NCBI GenBank assembly: GCA_964016885.1 | Contig: OZ024762.1 | Coordinates: 14,756,001 to 14,820,000 of the forward strand | Length of the DNA: 64,000 bases | Origin: Eledone cirrhosa | Taxonomy: Eukaryota | Reading direction: 5' to 3' | Shown here: piece after piece, positions 28,377 to 42,453 of the stretch | How the letters are laid out: every line of letters starts with the position of its first letter | Numbering within the stretch: position 1 is the stretch's first letter | The notes under the pieces: generated by a model | Told to the model about the DNA's origin: nothing | The model's database searches: none | Seen by the model: only the letters and a program-made list of their open reading frames with translations | Translations under genes and position numbers: made by a program

Positions 28377-29145
28377 GACGAACCCACAACATACACACGT
28401 CAACATACATACCTACATCAGCATACATCCTACATACATCTCTATCCACATATAAACACAATGACATACGTAAACACACATGGTCTATGGTGCAACACAA
28501 ATATACACAAATTTGCATACCTTTTGATGTCTATAGATATAAACGTGCCGACACACACACATACATACATATACGCACACATGCATTGCACACTGATGGG
28601 CACATACATATTTGTACACAAGTATTCCAATACGGCAAGGCCTAATGGATTCCCCTTGCAGTACGTACAATCTGGACACTCACACACACCTTGGTCTTAT
28701 GCCAATGCTATATATCATTTCACACCTTTTATTATTAAGGTTTTTGATGTTCGATTGAGAGAATCGTTTTTACTGAAAATATCGAATAATGTACACCATT
28801 TTTACCAGTATCACAAAAATACTGGTCCACCCATACACACACACACACACACATATATACACACACACATACACACGCGTACATTAACATACAAAGAGAC
28901 ATATACACACACACACACTTCTCCGTATAAGACAAGAGCTGAAAAATATCTTTTAATATCTTTTAACATGTTAAAATATCCCCCACACACGTACAGACAC
29001 ATTCCTATCACGAATTACTCTGCTACACACACACACACACACACACACACAGTTGTCTTAATAGGCATTTGAACTGTTGACCTGTCAGCAGGCTGCGGTT
29101 CGCACACACATCCCTGCTGACCATTATCACAACAACGAACCTCTT

Positions 29146-29187
<42 letters not shown>

Positions 29188-29595
29188 AAACACACACACA
29201 CACATACATACATATTTGTCTTGAAAGACTTATTTTTCAGTGACTTCTCAGTCAGCCGAGACAAACCTACATTGTGCGCAAAATCAATTTCTAACATTCA
29301 CATGACCTCTACCGACCAATCAAAATTGTTTTGACCACAAGAATTTTTTCATACATCTGGAGCCACTTTTTTTACATAAAACAGGTAGAATTTCCAAAAC
29401 TAAACAGATTAGAGCAAACATCACGGGCGCTCTATCTCAAAATTATTTTTGAAAAGCATTAGAAATGCGCAACTGGTAAACCTTAAAACCAAAACTGAAT
29501 ACTAACCAACACTTATTACTAATTTTTACTTATTCCTAATTAAACTATATTTCACTGGGAACAATTTGTCAGCATTTTCTTTTCCTTTTACCAAC

Positions 29596-29680
<85 letters not shown>

Positions 29681-29730
29681 CATATATACATATACATATA
29701 TACATACATATACATATACATATATATACA

Positions 29731-29853
29731 TCTATCTATCTAAGGCGGGTAAAATTCCCGAGATCCATGGACGAGTTCTCTCCAGCGGTCTCTGTCCCTC
29801 ATTATCGCTGCCATGTCCTGCGTCTCCAACAGACCAGTCTGTCCTTAGGGCAT
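29731..29853 (-). mobile_element. Short 3' fragment of the RTE-type LINE at 30407-32255
   Basis: Near-identical reverse complement of 32131-32243 with a (TAGA)n tail. Confidence 0.9.
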
Positions 29854-29942
29854 ATACATACATATATGTATATATATGTATGTATATATATATGTATATA
29901 TATGTATATGTATATGTATATATATGTATATATATATGTATA

Positions 29943-29977
<35 letters not shown>

Positions 29978-30406
29978 ATATGTATATATATATATATGTA
30001 TATATATATGTATGTATATGTATATATATATGTATGTATATGTATATATATATATACATATATATATATACATATATATACATATATATACATATACATA
30101 TATATATACATATACATACATATATATACATATACATATATATATACATATACATACATATATATACATATACATATATATACATATATATATACATACA
30201 TATATATACATATATATATACATATACATACATATACATACATATACATATATATACATATATATACATATACATATATATATATACATATATATATATA
30301 CATATACATATATATATATACATATACATATATATATATACATATACATACATATATATACATATACATACATATATATATATATATAGACATTGTATAT
30401 ATATAT

Positions 30407-32255
30407 AGCGGGAAGCCACTAGAGCTGGTTGAGGACTTCCTGTATCTGGGGGCAAAGATTGGAAACACAGAGGATGATGTGGGGGAGAGGAAGGGCAAAG
30501 CCTGGGTTAGGCGTGCCACAGTTTGAGATCAGTGTAGAAGGTGGACCTTCGTAAAGAGTAACAGTAACAGTAGCCACCACCATCACTACCACCACTACCA
30601 CTACCACCACCATCACTACCACCACCATCACCACTACCACTACCACCACCACCACCACCATCACTACCACCACCACCACCACAACTACCACTACCACCAC
30701 CACCACCACCACCACTAACACCACCACAACTACCACTACCACCATCACTCTTTATTGCTACAGTGGAGTCTGTGCTGCTGTACAGGTCTGAGACTTGAAC
30801 ACTGACCAAGAGACTCACTCAGGTGGTGGATGGCTTTCCACACAAGGATGCTCAAGATGGCTCTGAACATTAATCAGTTTACACTGAGGATGAAGAACTC
30901 AGAGCTGTACGGAAGTCTCCAAAAAGTCAGCTCAAAAGTGACACAGAGGAGACTGAGGTTAGCTGGACATGCTCACCGACATCCAGAGTTGACACTGCAC
31001 TCAGTGCTCCTGTGGGAGCCTCTACAGGGACAGACTAGGTTAGCTGGACATGCTCACCAACATCCAGAGTTGACACTGCACCCTGTGCTCCTGTGGGAGC
31101 CCCTAAGGGGACAGACTAGGTTAGCTGGACATGCTCACCAACATCCAGAGTTGACACTGCACTCAGTGCTCCTGTGGGAGCCTCTACAGGGACACACTAG
31201 GTTAGCTGGACATGCTCACCGACATCCAGAGTTGACACTGCACCCTGTGCTCCTGTGGGAGCCCCTACGGGGACAGACTAGGTTAGCTGGACATGCTCAC
31301 CAACATCCAGAGTTGACACTGCACTCAGTGCTCCTGTGGGAGCCCCTACAGGGACACACTAGGTTAGCTGGACATGCTCACCAACATCCAGAGTTGACAC
31401 TGCACCCTGTGCTCCTGTGGGAGCCCCTACGGGGACAGACTAGGTTAGCTGGACATGCTCACCGACAGACATCCAGAGTTGACACTGCACCCTGTGCTCC
31501 TGTGGGAACCCCTACAGAGACAGACTAGGTTAGCTGGACATGCTCACCGACATCCAGAGTTGACACTGCACCCTGTGCTCCTGTGGGAGCCTCTATAGGG
31601 ACACACTAGGTTAGCTGGATATGCTCACCAACATCCAGAGTTGACACTGCACCCTGTGCTCCTGTGGGAGCCCCTACGGGGACAGACTAGGTTAGCTGGA
31701 CATGCTCACCAACATCCAGAGTTAACACTGCACTCAGTGCTCCTGTGGGAGCCTCTATAGGGACACACTAGGTTAGCTGGACATGCTCACCGACATCCAG
31801 AGTTGACACTGCACCCTGTGCTCCTGTGGGAGCCCCTACGGGGACAGACTAGGTTAGCTGGACATGCTCACCAACATCCAGAGTTGACACTGCACTCAGT
31901 GCTCCTGTGGGAGCCCCTACAGGGACACACTAGGTTAGCTGGACATGCTCACCGACATCCAGAGTTGACACTGCACCCTGTGCTCCTGTGGGAGCCCCTA
32001 CAGGGACACACTAGGTTAGCTGGACATGCTCACCGACAGACATCCAGAGTTGACACTGCACTCAGTGCTGCTGTGGGAACCCCCCTGCATTGACACACTG
32101 GAAGAGGAAGACCAAGGTTAACGTATGTTGATGCCCTAAGGACAGACACTAGTCTGTTGGAGACGCAGGACATGGCAGCGATAATGAGGGACAGAGACCG
32201 CTGGAGAGAACTCGTCCATGGATCTCGGGAATTTTACCCGCCCTATATAGCTAGA
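30407..32255 (+). mobile_element. RTE/RTEX-type LINE 3' portion, decayed
   Basis: [63 protein letters not shown]; stops, frameshifts and an (ACC/ACT)n insert at ~30560-30747. Confidence 0.9.
30952..32090 (+). repeat. 81-bp minisatellite (~14 copies) inside LINE ORF2
   Basis: Period of 81 (31034 to 31115), encodes TRLAGHAHQHPELTLHPVLLWEPLRGQ. Confidence 0.96.
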
Positions 32256-32624
32256 TATATATTATATATATATACACACATTTTATATATATATATATAT
32301 ACACACACACACATACATACAGGGTGTCCAAAAAATGTATATACACTTGATTACTTGTACAGGCAATATTTATTGGAATGCTGTTGAAGTGTGTATACAT
32401 TTTTAGGACACTCCGTGTGTGTGTGTGTGTAGTGAGTGAGTGTGAGTGAGTAAGTGTGTATGCCTACACACACACACACACACACACTTGAACATAAATT
32501 TATACATATGCCTACACAAGCAGCCGTTGCTTGTAGGGTTTTTATTTATATTCTCATTAACCAGCTTTATCACGCATGCGTTGTGTTTGCCATGTTTGTC
32601 ACTTCTGAAATGACGTGAGATGGA

Positions 32625-33840
32625 CCAGATGTGGTTACTAAGCAACCAACACTACTAACAACAAACCAGATGTGTAAATAAGCAACCAACGCTACTAACA
32701 ACAAACCAGATGAGGTAACTAAGCAACCAACGCTACTAACAACAGACCAAATGTGTAACTAAGCAACCAATACTACTAACAACAAACCAGATGTCTAACT
32801 AACCAACCAACACTAATAACAAACCAGATGCGGTAACTAAGCAACCAACGCTACTAACAACAAACCAGATGTCTAACTAATCAACCAACACTACTAACAA
32901 CAAACCAGGTGTCTAACTAAGCAACCAACACTACTAACAACAAATCAGATGTGGTAACTAAGCAACCAACATTACTAATAACAAACCAGATGTGGTAACT
33001 AAGCAACTAAAACTACAAAAAAAACTAACCAGATGTGGTAATCAAGTAACAAACGCTACTAAGAACGATACAGGTGTGGTTACTAGGCAACTAAAACTAC
33101 TAACAACCAACCAGATGTGGTAACTAAGCAACTAACACTAAGAACAAACTAGATATGGTAACTAAGCAACCAACACTACAAAGACCCAACCATATGCCGT
33201 AACTAAGCAACCAACACTGCGAACAAACCCACTAGATGTGGTAACTGAGCAACCAACACTGTGAACAAACACACCAGATAACCAAGCAACCAACACTGCT
33301 AACAAACCCACGAGATGTGGTAACCAAGCAACCAACACTAACAAACCCACCAGATGTGATAACCAAGCAACCAACACTGCTAACAAACCCACCAGATGTG
33401 ATAACCAAGCAACCAACACTGCTAACAAACCCACCAGATGTGATAACCAAGCAACCAACACTGCTAACAAACCCACCAGATGTGATAACCAAGCAACCAA
33501 CACTGCTAACAAACCCACCAGATGTGATAACCAAGCAACCAACACTGCTAACAAACCCACCAGATGTGATAACCAAGCAACCAACACTGCTAACAAACCC
33601 ACCAGATGTGATAACCAAGCAACCAACACTGCTAACAAACCCACCAGATGTGATAACCAAGCAACCAACACTGCTAACAAACCCACCAGATGTGATAACC
33701 AAGCAACCAACACTGCTAACAAACCCACCAGATGTGATAACCAAGCAACCAACACTGCTAACAAACCCACCAGATGTGATAACCAAGCAACCAACACTGC
33801 TAACAAACCCACCAGATGTGGTAACTAAGCAACCAACATT
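32625..33840 (+). repeat. ~40-42-bp minisatellite (accagatgtgataaccaagcaaccaacactgctaacaaaccc)
   Basis: Diverged copies 32625-33300; homogeneous 42-bp copies ~33350-33840. Confidence 0.95.
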
Positions 33841-33974
33841 ACGAGTAAATTTGCTACTGTGTGTCCTGTTTAGTTTCAGCGCCCTCTGGATGTAGCTGGC
33901 CTATGTTCAACAGTGATCCAACCATGACCATCCTGTCGTAATCTCTCCAGAAACTGTATATTATAATCCCGCCG

Positions 33975-34103
33975 AGTTGAATTCAAATCCCACCGAGGTT
34001 AACTTTGCCTTTCATTCTTACGGGATCGATAAAATAAAGTACCAGTAATACACTGGGTTCTGGGTAATTGCTGGCCTTGTGCCAAAAGTAGAAATAATGA
34101 TTA
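33975..34103 (+). mobile_element. Meta-like SINE (short-tail type)
   Basis: Same body and tail as the 13923 copies; another at ~37340-37467(+). Confidence 0.85.
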
Positions 34104-34836
34104 TCAATAGCATTCCAGTCGTGACCATCGCGTCATTCTATATCTAATACTGCGTTGTCCAGGCTTGAGACGGCCAAATTAGAATTAAGTGAAATGTGGC
34201 TGCTATTTCTAGCAGGTGGACTGACCACCCACAGACTTCCTCGTTGGCTCAATGTGGTATTGTTGATATTGCCTTGGATGATGATGATGGCGATGATGGT
34301 GGTGATGATGGTTGTCATAGTGAAGAAGATAATGGTGGTGGTGGTAATGTATACAAAGTTGATGGTGGTGATGGTGAGGATAATATTAGTGTTGGCGATG
34401 ATAGTGATGTTGGCAATGACGATGCGATGATGATGATGATGATGATAGTGATGATAGTGTTAGTGTTGGTGTTGGCGATGACAGTGGCGTTGATAATGGT
34501 TGGTAGTGTTGCCGATGGCGATGATGACGGAAATGATGTTGCCGATGACGATGACAATTGGCTTTCGTGATGATGTCAATAACGATGATGATGATGATGA
34601 TGACGATGATAATGGAGATAATGATGGAGACGATGATGATGATGGTGTTGGCGATGATAAAGGAGATAATGATGATGATGATGATGATGATGGTCGAGAC
34701 CGAGAACGACTTATGTTGCTTTATATTCAATTACGTTCATATAATCCAACAGGTGCCCGTTACCAGATCACATACACACACACATACACCACACACACAC
34801 ACACACACCACACACACACACCACACATACACCACA

Positions 34837-34869
<33 letters not shown>

Positions 34870-35194
34870 CACCCATACACACAACACACACATACATACA
34901 CACACCACACACACACACACATACACATACACCACACACACACACCACACATACACAACACACACCACACATACACACAACACACAAACACATACACACA
35001 ACACACAAACACATACACACAACACACATACATACAATACACACGTACACCACATACACAACACATCGTGTCGACATGTTCAGACTGCCAGACTGTTTCT
35101 ATATATACACACTTTATACATACTGAGCAGTACCCTCAGGAATTTCCGCATCTACACCCACTGTTGCATGTATATATAATGTATATATATATAC

Positions 35195-35228
<34 letters not shown>

Positions 35229-35249
35229 TTACATATATATATATATATA

Positions 35250-35537
35250 TACAATATTAAATAAATGGAAACTATATTTATAAAACCATATTTATTTCAT
35301 TATATATATTTCGGGGATATCATATTAACAATATGCTATGCCTTCCTCAGACAAAATACAATATAAACAGTTTTATACAGTTTATAACGGTATGTCGAAT
35401 CTATTTATCTATAAAACTGTTTATATTGTATTTTGTCTGAGGAAGGCATAGCATATTGTTAATATGATATCCCCGAAATATATATAATGAAATAAATATG
35501 GTTTTATAAATATAGTTTCCATTTATTTAATATTGTA
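35250..35537. mobile_element. Penelope-like hammerhead palindrome, family A-related
   Basis: ~128-bp perfect inverted arms (35250-35377, 35410-35537), each with a hammerhead fold. Confidence 0.75.
35429..35494 (+). ncRNA. Type I hammerhead motif (CUGAGGA core); mirror copy on the minus strand at ~35293-35358
   Basis: Stem I tattttgt/atgaaata, CTGAGGA 35437-35443, imperfect long stem II, GAAA 35475-35478, (TA)4 stem III. Confidence 0.65.
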
Positions 35538-35665
35538 AATATACTCCAAATATTTGTCGAGTGCTTTTATATCAGTTATAAATATTTACTAGTTGTAACC
35601 CAACAATTTTAAATATAACTTTCCATGTATATATATATATATATATTTATACTTACATGCATATA

Positions 35666-35847
<182 letters not shown>

Positions 35848-35852
35848 CACAC

Positions 35853-35884
<32 letters not shown>

Positions 35885-35994
35885 GTGTGTGTGTGTAAAT
35901 GAAGTATTTCCGTAGGAAAGGTACAAGAAAAAAGAGTGCTCTATGTAGGCTACAGAGCTTATTAGTTATGTAATAAACAACATAAGATAATTAT

Positions 35995-36055
35995 TTCATT
36001 TACCAGTGGTTTCTTGAAGGCAGATGTTGTGTCTGTCTTCAGTCGTCAGAATGAA
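35995..36055 (-). ncRNA. Type I hammerhead motif (family D, minus arm)
   Basis: ttcatt-CTGACGA-c-tgaagacaga/tctgccttca-a-GAAA-cc act ggTA-aatgaa; perfect stem I. Confidence 0.75.
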
Positions 36056-36112
36056 TAAATAACATGGTGTTTTCTATTAAACATGGATTTAATAAAAACA
36101 CCATGTTATTTA

Positions 36113-36173
36113 TTCATCCTGACGACTGAAGGCAGACATAACATCTGCCTTCAAGAAACCACTGGTAAATGAA
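36113..36173 (+). ncRNA. Type I hammerhead motif (family D, plus arm)
   Basis: CTGACGA 36119-36125, 10-bp stem II tgaaggcaga/tctgccttca, GAAA 36155-36158, stem III acc/ggt, GUA site at 36167. Confidence 0.72.
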
Positions 36174-36629
36174 ATAATTATCTTATGTTATTTATTACAT
36201 AACTATATATATATATATACATAATGTGTATACAGGGTGTCCACAAACAAATGTATACACACTTTGATTACCTATACCTCTGGTAGTGTATATATATATA
36301 TTTTTTTTGGGGGGGGGGGGGGCATACTATGTATATATACATATATATGTGTGTGTGTGTGTGTGTATGTGTTAAAGGAATAGATCTGAGCGTGCGCATG
36401 TATGTGTTTATACACTTACGCAGGTACACACACACCACATCATCATCATCATCATTCTACGTCCGCTTTTCCCTGCTTGCAAGGGTGGGACGGGAACTGA
36501 TTTGGCTTGATTTCTACAGCTGGATGCCCTTCCTAACACCAACCTCATTTACAGTGAGTGGTGAGTGCTTTTTTGCAGTGGCACCTCCACGGCCACTTTG
36601 CAGTGGAATGATAGGGACCCCGGTCTCTA

Positions 36630-36776
36630 TCATCTCATTTCTACAGCTGAGTAAACTGGAGCAATGTGAAATAAAGTGTCTTGCTCAAGGAAACAACACA
36701 TCACCCGGTCTGAGAATTGAACTCACAATCTTTCGATTGCAAGGCCAATGCTCTAACCACTAAGCCATGTGCCTCC
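36630..36776 (-). mobile_element. tRNA-derived CORE-like SINE
   Basis: Minus strand tggcttagtggttagagc...gagttcaattctc...ccttgagcaagacactttatttcac. Confidence 0.82.
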
Positions 36777-37026
36777 ATATATATATACATATATACACAC
36801 AAAAGTATGCAAAAGGCAAACAGAAATAACAAAGCAAACAACACACTACAATGAAGAAATATATTATTAATGAGTCTTAACGTTCTGACGCTAGTCCTTC
36901 ATCAGAGCTTTTAAAGAATTTCCTTTTCTTTAAACTCATCAACCAATGACCTCCACCCATCCCAATCACCACCTTCTCCTACCACCAGAAAAGATATAAA
37001 TACCACCATATTTACTTGAACAGTCA

Positions 37027-37090
37027 GCTTCCTGATGATTTCTCAGGAATGAAAGAGTTCTAGTTCTGTAGAAGCTTGTCTATATTATAT
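37027..37090 (+). ncRNA. Single family B hammerhead motif (diverged)
   Basis: agcttc-CTGATGA-tttctcaggaat-GAAA-gagttctagttctGTA-gaagct; 6-bp stem I intact. Confidence 0.6.
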
Positions 37091-37837
37091 ATACATAAAT
37101 ATGTAGACACACGCGTACAACCACACATTTAAGCAGATTTCTATGGAGAATATACGGTCATTATGTTTTAATTAACAAAATAATCAAATATATATATATA
37201 TTTTTTTTTTACTATAAACACCGTTATTTTTGACGGGTACCATACCAATGAATCATACAATGATTTATTCACAACACGACTGCGTCAAGGTTTGATCTTT
37301 TTCCTGAAGGATTTCTCATATTTATTTATTATTATTAGCTTTACGTTCTGAGTTAAAATCCCGCCGAGGTTTGCTTTGCCTTTCATCCTTACGGGGTCGA
37401 TAAAATAAAGTACCAGTAATGCACTGGTTAATTGCTGGCCTTGTGCCAAAAGTAGAAACAATTATTAGCTTTTCGTGGGCTAAACTAATGAACCGAAACA
37501 AAGGAAGGTTTACATAATGAAATATGAGAAGCCCTTAATACAAAATAAACTTGAGCTCAGACGTAGTTTTAATGTAACAAACATATCTGAATGAAAAGCT
37601 GCCCTTTCATTATATAATTATATGGGGTGGGTGGGGGGTAGACATTACTACTTCTGGATCTGAAGTTTTAGATGTGAGAGAAATGAACTGTCTCCAAACA
37701 CACATGCACATACATACAAAGAAATACATACATATATATACACAAATATATCCATAATGTATATGTATATGTGTGTATATATTATTGTAAATGACTTTGA
37801 GTTTAAACTCTAAATATAATATATTATGTGTATATAT

Positions 37838-37897
<60 letters not shown>

Positions 37898-38752
37898 TCA
37901 TCCTCATCGTTTAACGTATATCTTCCACGCTAGCATGGGTTTATATATATATATATATACATACATATACACATATATATCTATATATATATATACATAC
38001 ATATACACATATATATCTATATATACATACATACACATACCTATATATACATATATACACACACATATATATATACAAATATATACAATTATATACACAA
38101 GTATAGTTATATGCGCATACATATAGATGTATACACATACACGTATGTATGTATATATGCAGGTATATCAAAAATAACTTCATACTACAAACTAAAAGTT
38201 AAACTGAGGAACATAACAAACAGACTTACCTTTTCCTTTATTTCAACATCTCTTGTCTTTCCATTCGGTAATAACAACCACAGACGTGAGTTTCTATCTA
38301 TACCTCTCTCTCTCTCTCTCTGTCTTTATTTATATATATATATATATATATGAAATGCGCATAATAAAATACATGGAACTCTTTTAACCATCTTTTGTTC
38401 TTATATATTATGTATACTCCAGTCCTACAAGCTGTAGAGTGCATCTTATCCGATATCTGCATTGCTTTATTGTACTACAATAAAACTCACCTCCTACATA
38501 TATATATATGCATGTATGTATATGTATTTGGTGAAGGCGTATGACTGAGTGGTTACAGAATTGGATTCGCAATCGTGAGGTTGTGAGTTCGATTCTCGGA
38601 CCAGGTGATGCGTTGTCCTTGGGCAAGACACTTTATTTCATGTTGCTCCTTCTACCTGGAGCTGTGACCGATAGAGAGTATTAGCAATTGGAAAGACCAA
38701 CGGAAACATCGTTCCCTCGGTCCGATTTGACAAAAAGTCGATCGACTATCGA

Positions 38753-38817
<65 letters not shown>

Positions 38818-38851
38818 ATGAATGTATCCATAACTCTCTGTGTCAATGTGA

Positions 38852-38887
<36 letters not shown>

Positions 38888-38981
38888 GTGTGTGTGTTTG
38901 TGTATGAGTGTATCTATAACTCTCTCTCTCTCTCTCTCTCTTTGTCCATGTGTATATATGCATCTATACCTCTCTCTCTGC

Positions 38982-39022
<41 letters not shown>

Positions 39023-39085
39023 TGTGTGTGTGTATGTTTCTCTGTCCATGTATATATATATGTGTGTGTGTGTATCTCTTGTCTT

Positions 39086-39122
<37 letters not shown>

Positions 39123-39473
39123 GTCTGTGTGTGTGTGTGTATGAATAGGGTACACACGCATTTCTATTTTAAATATAAATATATATATATTTTAAAAATA
39201 GAAATGGCTTCTACAGGACTAGAACTGTTTCATTCGAACGAACCCAGGATACCCATATCTCTTAGCACATTACTGTACCCTTCTTAAGCATCATATATAT
39301 ATATATATATATATATAGGAACGAGTAGGACCCCGACGGCTGAGCTCAAGCCGTTTCGATGGCTAATTCTGGACTAAAAAAAAAAAAACTTATATATTTT
39401 CCATTTTGACGTTAAAGTCACTTATATTATGAAATACTGTTGGCTTCTTGCTCACATTAGTTTCTATATTTTC

Positions 39474-39533
<60 letters not shown>

Positions 39534-39866
39534 CCTTCTTCTGGGAAGCACGTTGTATCCTTGAGTAAGACACTTCATTTCATGTTGGCTTTGTGCGCTC
39601 GGTTGCCTAAATATGAGGTGTTTCACTAATTCAGAGCCAGCCTTGTCACACCACACACAGCACCAGGTCTGAGTCTCCCTGAGAATTACATTACAGGTAC
39701 ACGTGTGGAATGCTCGGACAGATTACATGTTATTTCCAACAGCAGGTTGTACAGTTATTCGATCAATTTGCTAGTACACTCCTCGTCGGAAGCGACGGAG
39801 GTCCAGTATACATAAACAGTAAACTCATCTACTATTATTGTAATTTGACTTGAGATATATATATAC

Positions 39867-39902
<36 letters not shown>

Positions 39903-40240
39903 GTATCTATACATATATACATATGTATGTATACATATATGTATACATATATGTATATATATATATGTATGTATACATATGTATGAATATACGTATACAT
40001 ATATGTATAGATACATATATGTATACATACATATATGTATACATACACATATGTATCTATACATATATGTATCTATACATATATGTATACGTATATTCAT
40101 ACATATGTATACATACATATATATATATATATATACATATATGTATACATACATATATACACATATATGTATACATACATATATACACATATATATATAC
40201 ATACATATACACATATATATACATATGTATACATACATAT

Positions 40241-40278
<38 letters not shown>

Positions 40279-40318
40279 TATGTTTCATATGTAAACGAAA
40301 CTTTTACGTTTTTTCTGC

Positions 40319-40364
<46 letters not shown>

Positions 40365-40501
40365 GATTCAGTACCCCCGACGGCTGAGCTCCGGCCGTTT
40401 CGATATATATGACAAATTTGAGAAGTCTGTGCGGTATTTTACACAATTTTCCATTTGTGTTCAGTTGTACTTTGCATTCGAGATTTCCTACATTTTCTAA
40501 C

Positions 40502-40545
<44 letters not shown>

Positions 40546-40697
40546 GAAAATGTTTAACCCCGACGGCAGAGCTCAAGCCCTTTCGACACATATATATATA
40601 TGGTAAAGTACCCCAGGGGACGGATAAAATGGACATAGTCACCTGTATGTTATATGTGCGTGTGAGCTTGAATATATAAGTATGCTATTATATATGC

Positions 40698-40734
<37 letters not shown>

Positions 40735-41491
40735 GGTGGGTGAGTCTGTCTATATAAATATGGTATTATATATATATATGGTGTGTCTGTGTGTCTCTGT
40801 ATGTGTTTCATCTACGCTCTTATTTGGTGTCTCCTGTCCAGAGCCTTTGTACAGGCATGTGTGTGAGAGAGAGAGAGAGCGAGAGAGGGAGGGTGAGAGA
40901 TAGAGGTAGAGATAGATAGAGAGGGAGTCAGTACATTGAGAGAGATAGTGAGCGAGAGAGAGAGAGTGGGGTGATTTGAGTGTGTGTGAGAGAGAGAGAG
41001 AGAGATGTATGTGAGTATAACGGCTCTAGCTCTAGCTTTGAGTTCGTCTGTGAAGGCCATCTACCATTTCTGCAAGAGAAAGAGAAAACGAAAGGTAAGA
41101 ATAACGATTAAAGAAATGGAATAAATATAAGCAAATACTACAAATAATAATAACAATAACAATAATAATCATAGTAATGATGATGAAGATGGTTGTGATG
41201 ATGATGATGATGGTGGCAGTGTCGAGCTAGAATATAGAATACAGTAAATATTGGAATCGTGGAATATGTTAATGATTTGTCGGGCCGAATTATTCCATAA
41301 AAGGCAAAGAGGGAGAAACCAGCCGCCTCACCAACCAACCAGCCAATACCGATGTAAATAAAAATAAACTAACTAACGTTTAGAGGCAGCCACACACCAC
41401 TTTTAAAGTGGTGTGTGGCTGCCTGGCAGACACTAGTTGCTAACAATGACAGCTAAATGTCCCTCAAATCAACCCATCACTCACATACATA

Positions 41492-42072
41492 CGAGGAACG
41501 GCTGAAACAGTTCGTAAGCTGACCAAAATACTCTCATGGAACGACCAAATGAGGTTCATTTTTCGACATAGTCCCTGGAAAGAAACATTGTTGTTACGAA
41601 TAAGAAGAGTTGAAATTAATGCACGCTAGATTTCACAGCACTAGCATCACTCTTTCTTAAGCTGACCAAAATACTCTCATGGAACGACCAAATGAGGTTC
41701 ATTTTTCGACATAGTCCCTGGAAAGAAACAATGTAGTTACGAATAAGAAGAGTTGAAATTAATGCACGCTAGATTTCACAGCACTAGCATCACTCTTTCT
41801 TAAGCTGACCAAAATACTCTCCTGGAATGACCAAATGAGGTTTATTTTTCAACATAGTATCTGGAAAAAAACAATGCAGTTATTAATAATTGTTTCTACT
41901 TTTGGCACAAGGCCAGCAATCACCCAGTACATTACTGGTACTTTATTTTATCGATCCCGTAAGGATGAAAGGCAAAGTCAACCTCGGCGGGATTGAAATC
42001 AATGCACGCAAGATTCCACTGCCCTAGCGTTACTGCGTCATAGTCAGCCTATGAACTTTTCAACCGACCCTC

Positions 42073-42073
<1 letters not shown>
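41492..42073 (+). mobile_element. Mariner-type MITE (TIR cgaggg..gctgaaaagttcataggctgac) with an internal 143-bp tandem repeat and a nested SINE
   Basis: TIRs at both ends; units start at 41518, 41661 and 41804; SINE at ~41885-41995(-). Confidence 0.78.
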
Positions 42074-42130
<57 letters not shown>

Positions 42131-42138
<8 letters not shown>

Positions 42139-42390
42139 AGATTCAGGACCCCGACGGCAGAGCTCCGGTCGTTTCGACAGCCTATCTGATATATATATAT
42201 ATATACTTTATATATGCGTTTGTATGTATGTATGTATGTATGTATGTAGGTATATATATGCGTTTGTATGTATGTAGGTATATATATGCGTTTGTATGTA
42301 TGTATGTATGTATGTATGTATGTAGGTATATATATATCAGATAGGCTGTCGAACCGGCCGGAGCTCAGCCGTCGGGGTCCTGAATCTTTT

Positions 42391-42393
<3 letters not shown>
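42131..42393. mobile_element. Family C hammerhead-fragment inverted pair with a (TATG)n spacer
   Basis: atatgaaaagattcaggaccccgacggcagagctccgg / ccggagctcagccgtcggggtcctgaatcttttcatat. Confidence 0.7.
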
Positions 42394-42423
<30 letters not shown>

Positions 42424-42453
42424 CCATGTACATGTATGTAGATTAACTATGTA

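Larger units (their letters stand above)
35963..36205. mobile_element. Penelope-like hammerhead palindrome, family D
   Basis: ~118-bp inverted arms around ~36082-36087. Confidence 0.75.

Noticed and set aside
33162-33895. 14-aa repeat ORFs (mucin-like or hydrophobic)
   Set aside because: 42-bp minisatellite open on both strands; adjoining older copies have indels and stops
34270-34695. Acidic/Met-rich protein-coding segment
   Set aside because: Degenerate (GAT)n trinucleotide repeat; same for 44485-44850
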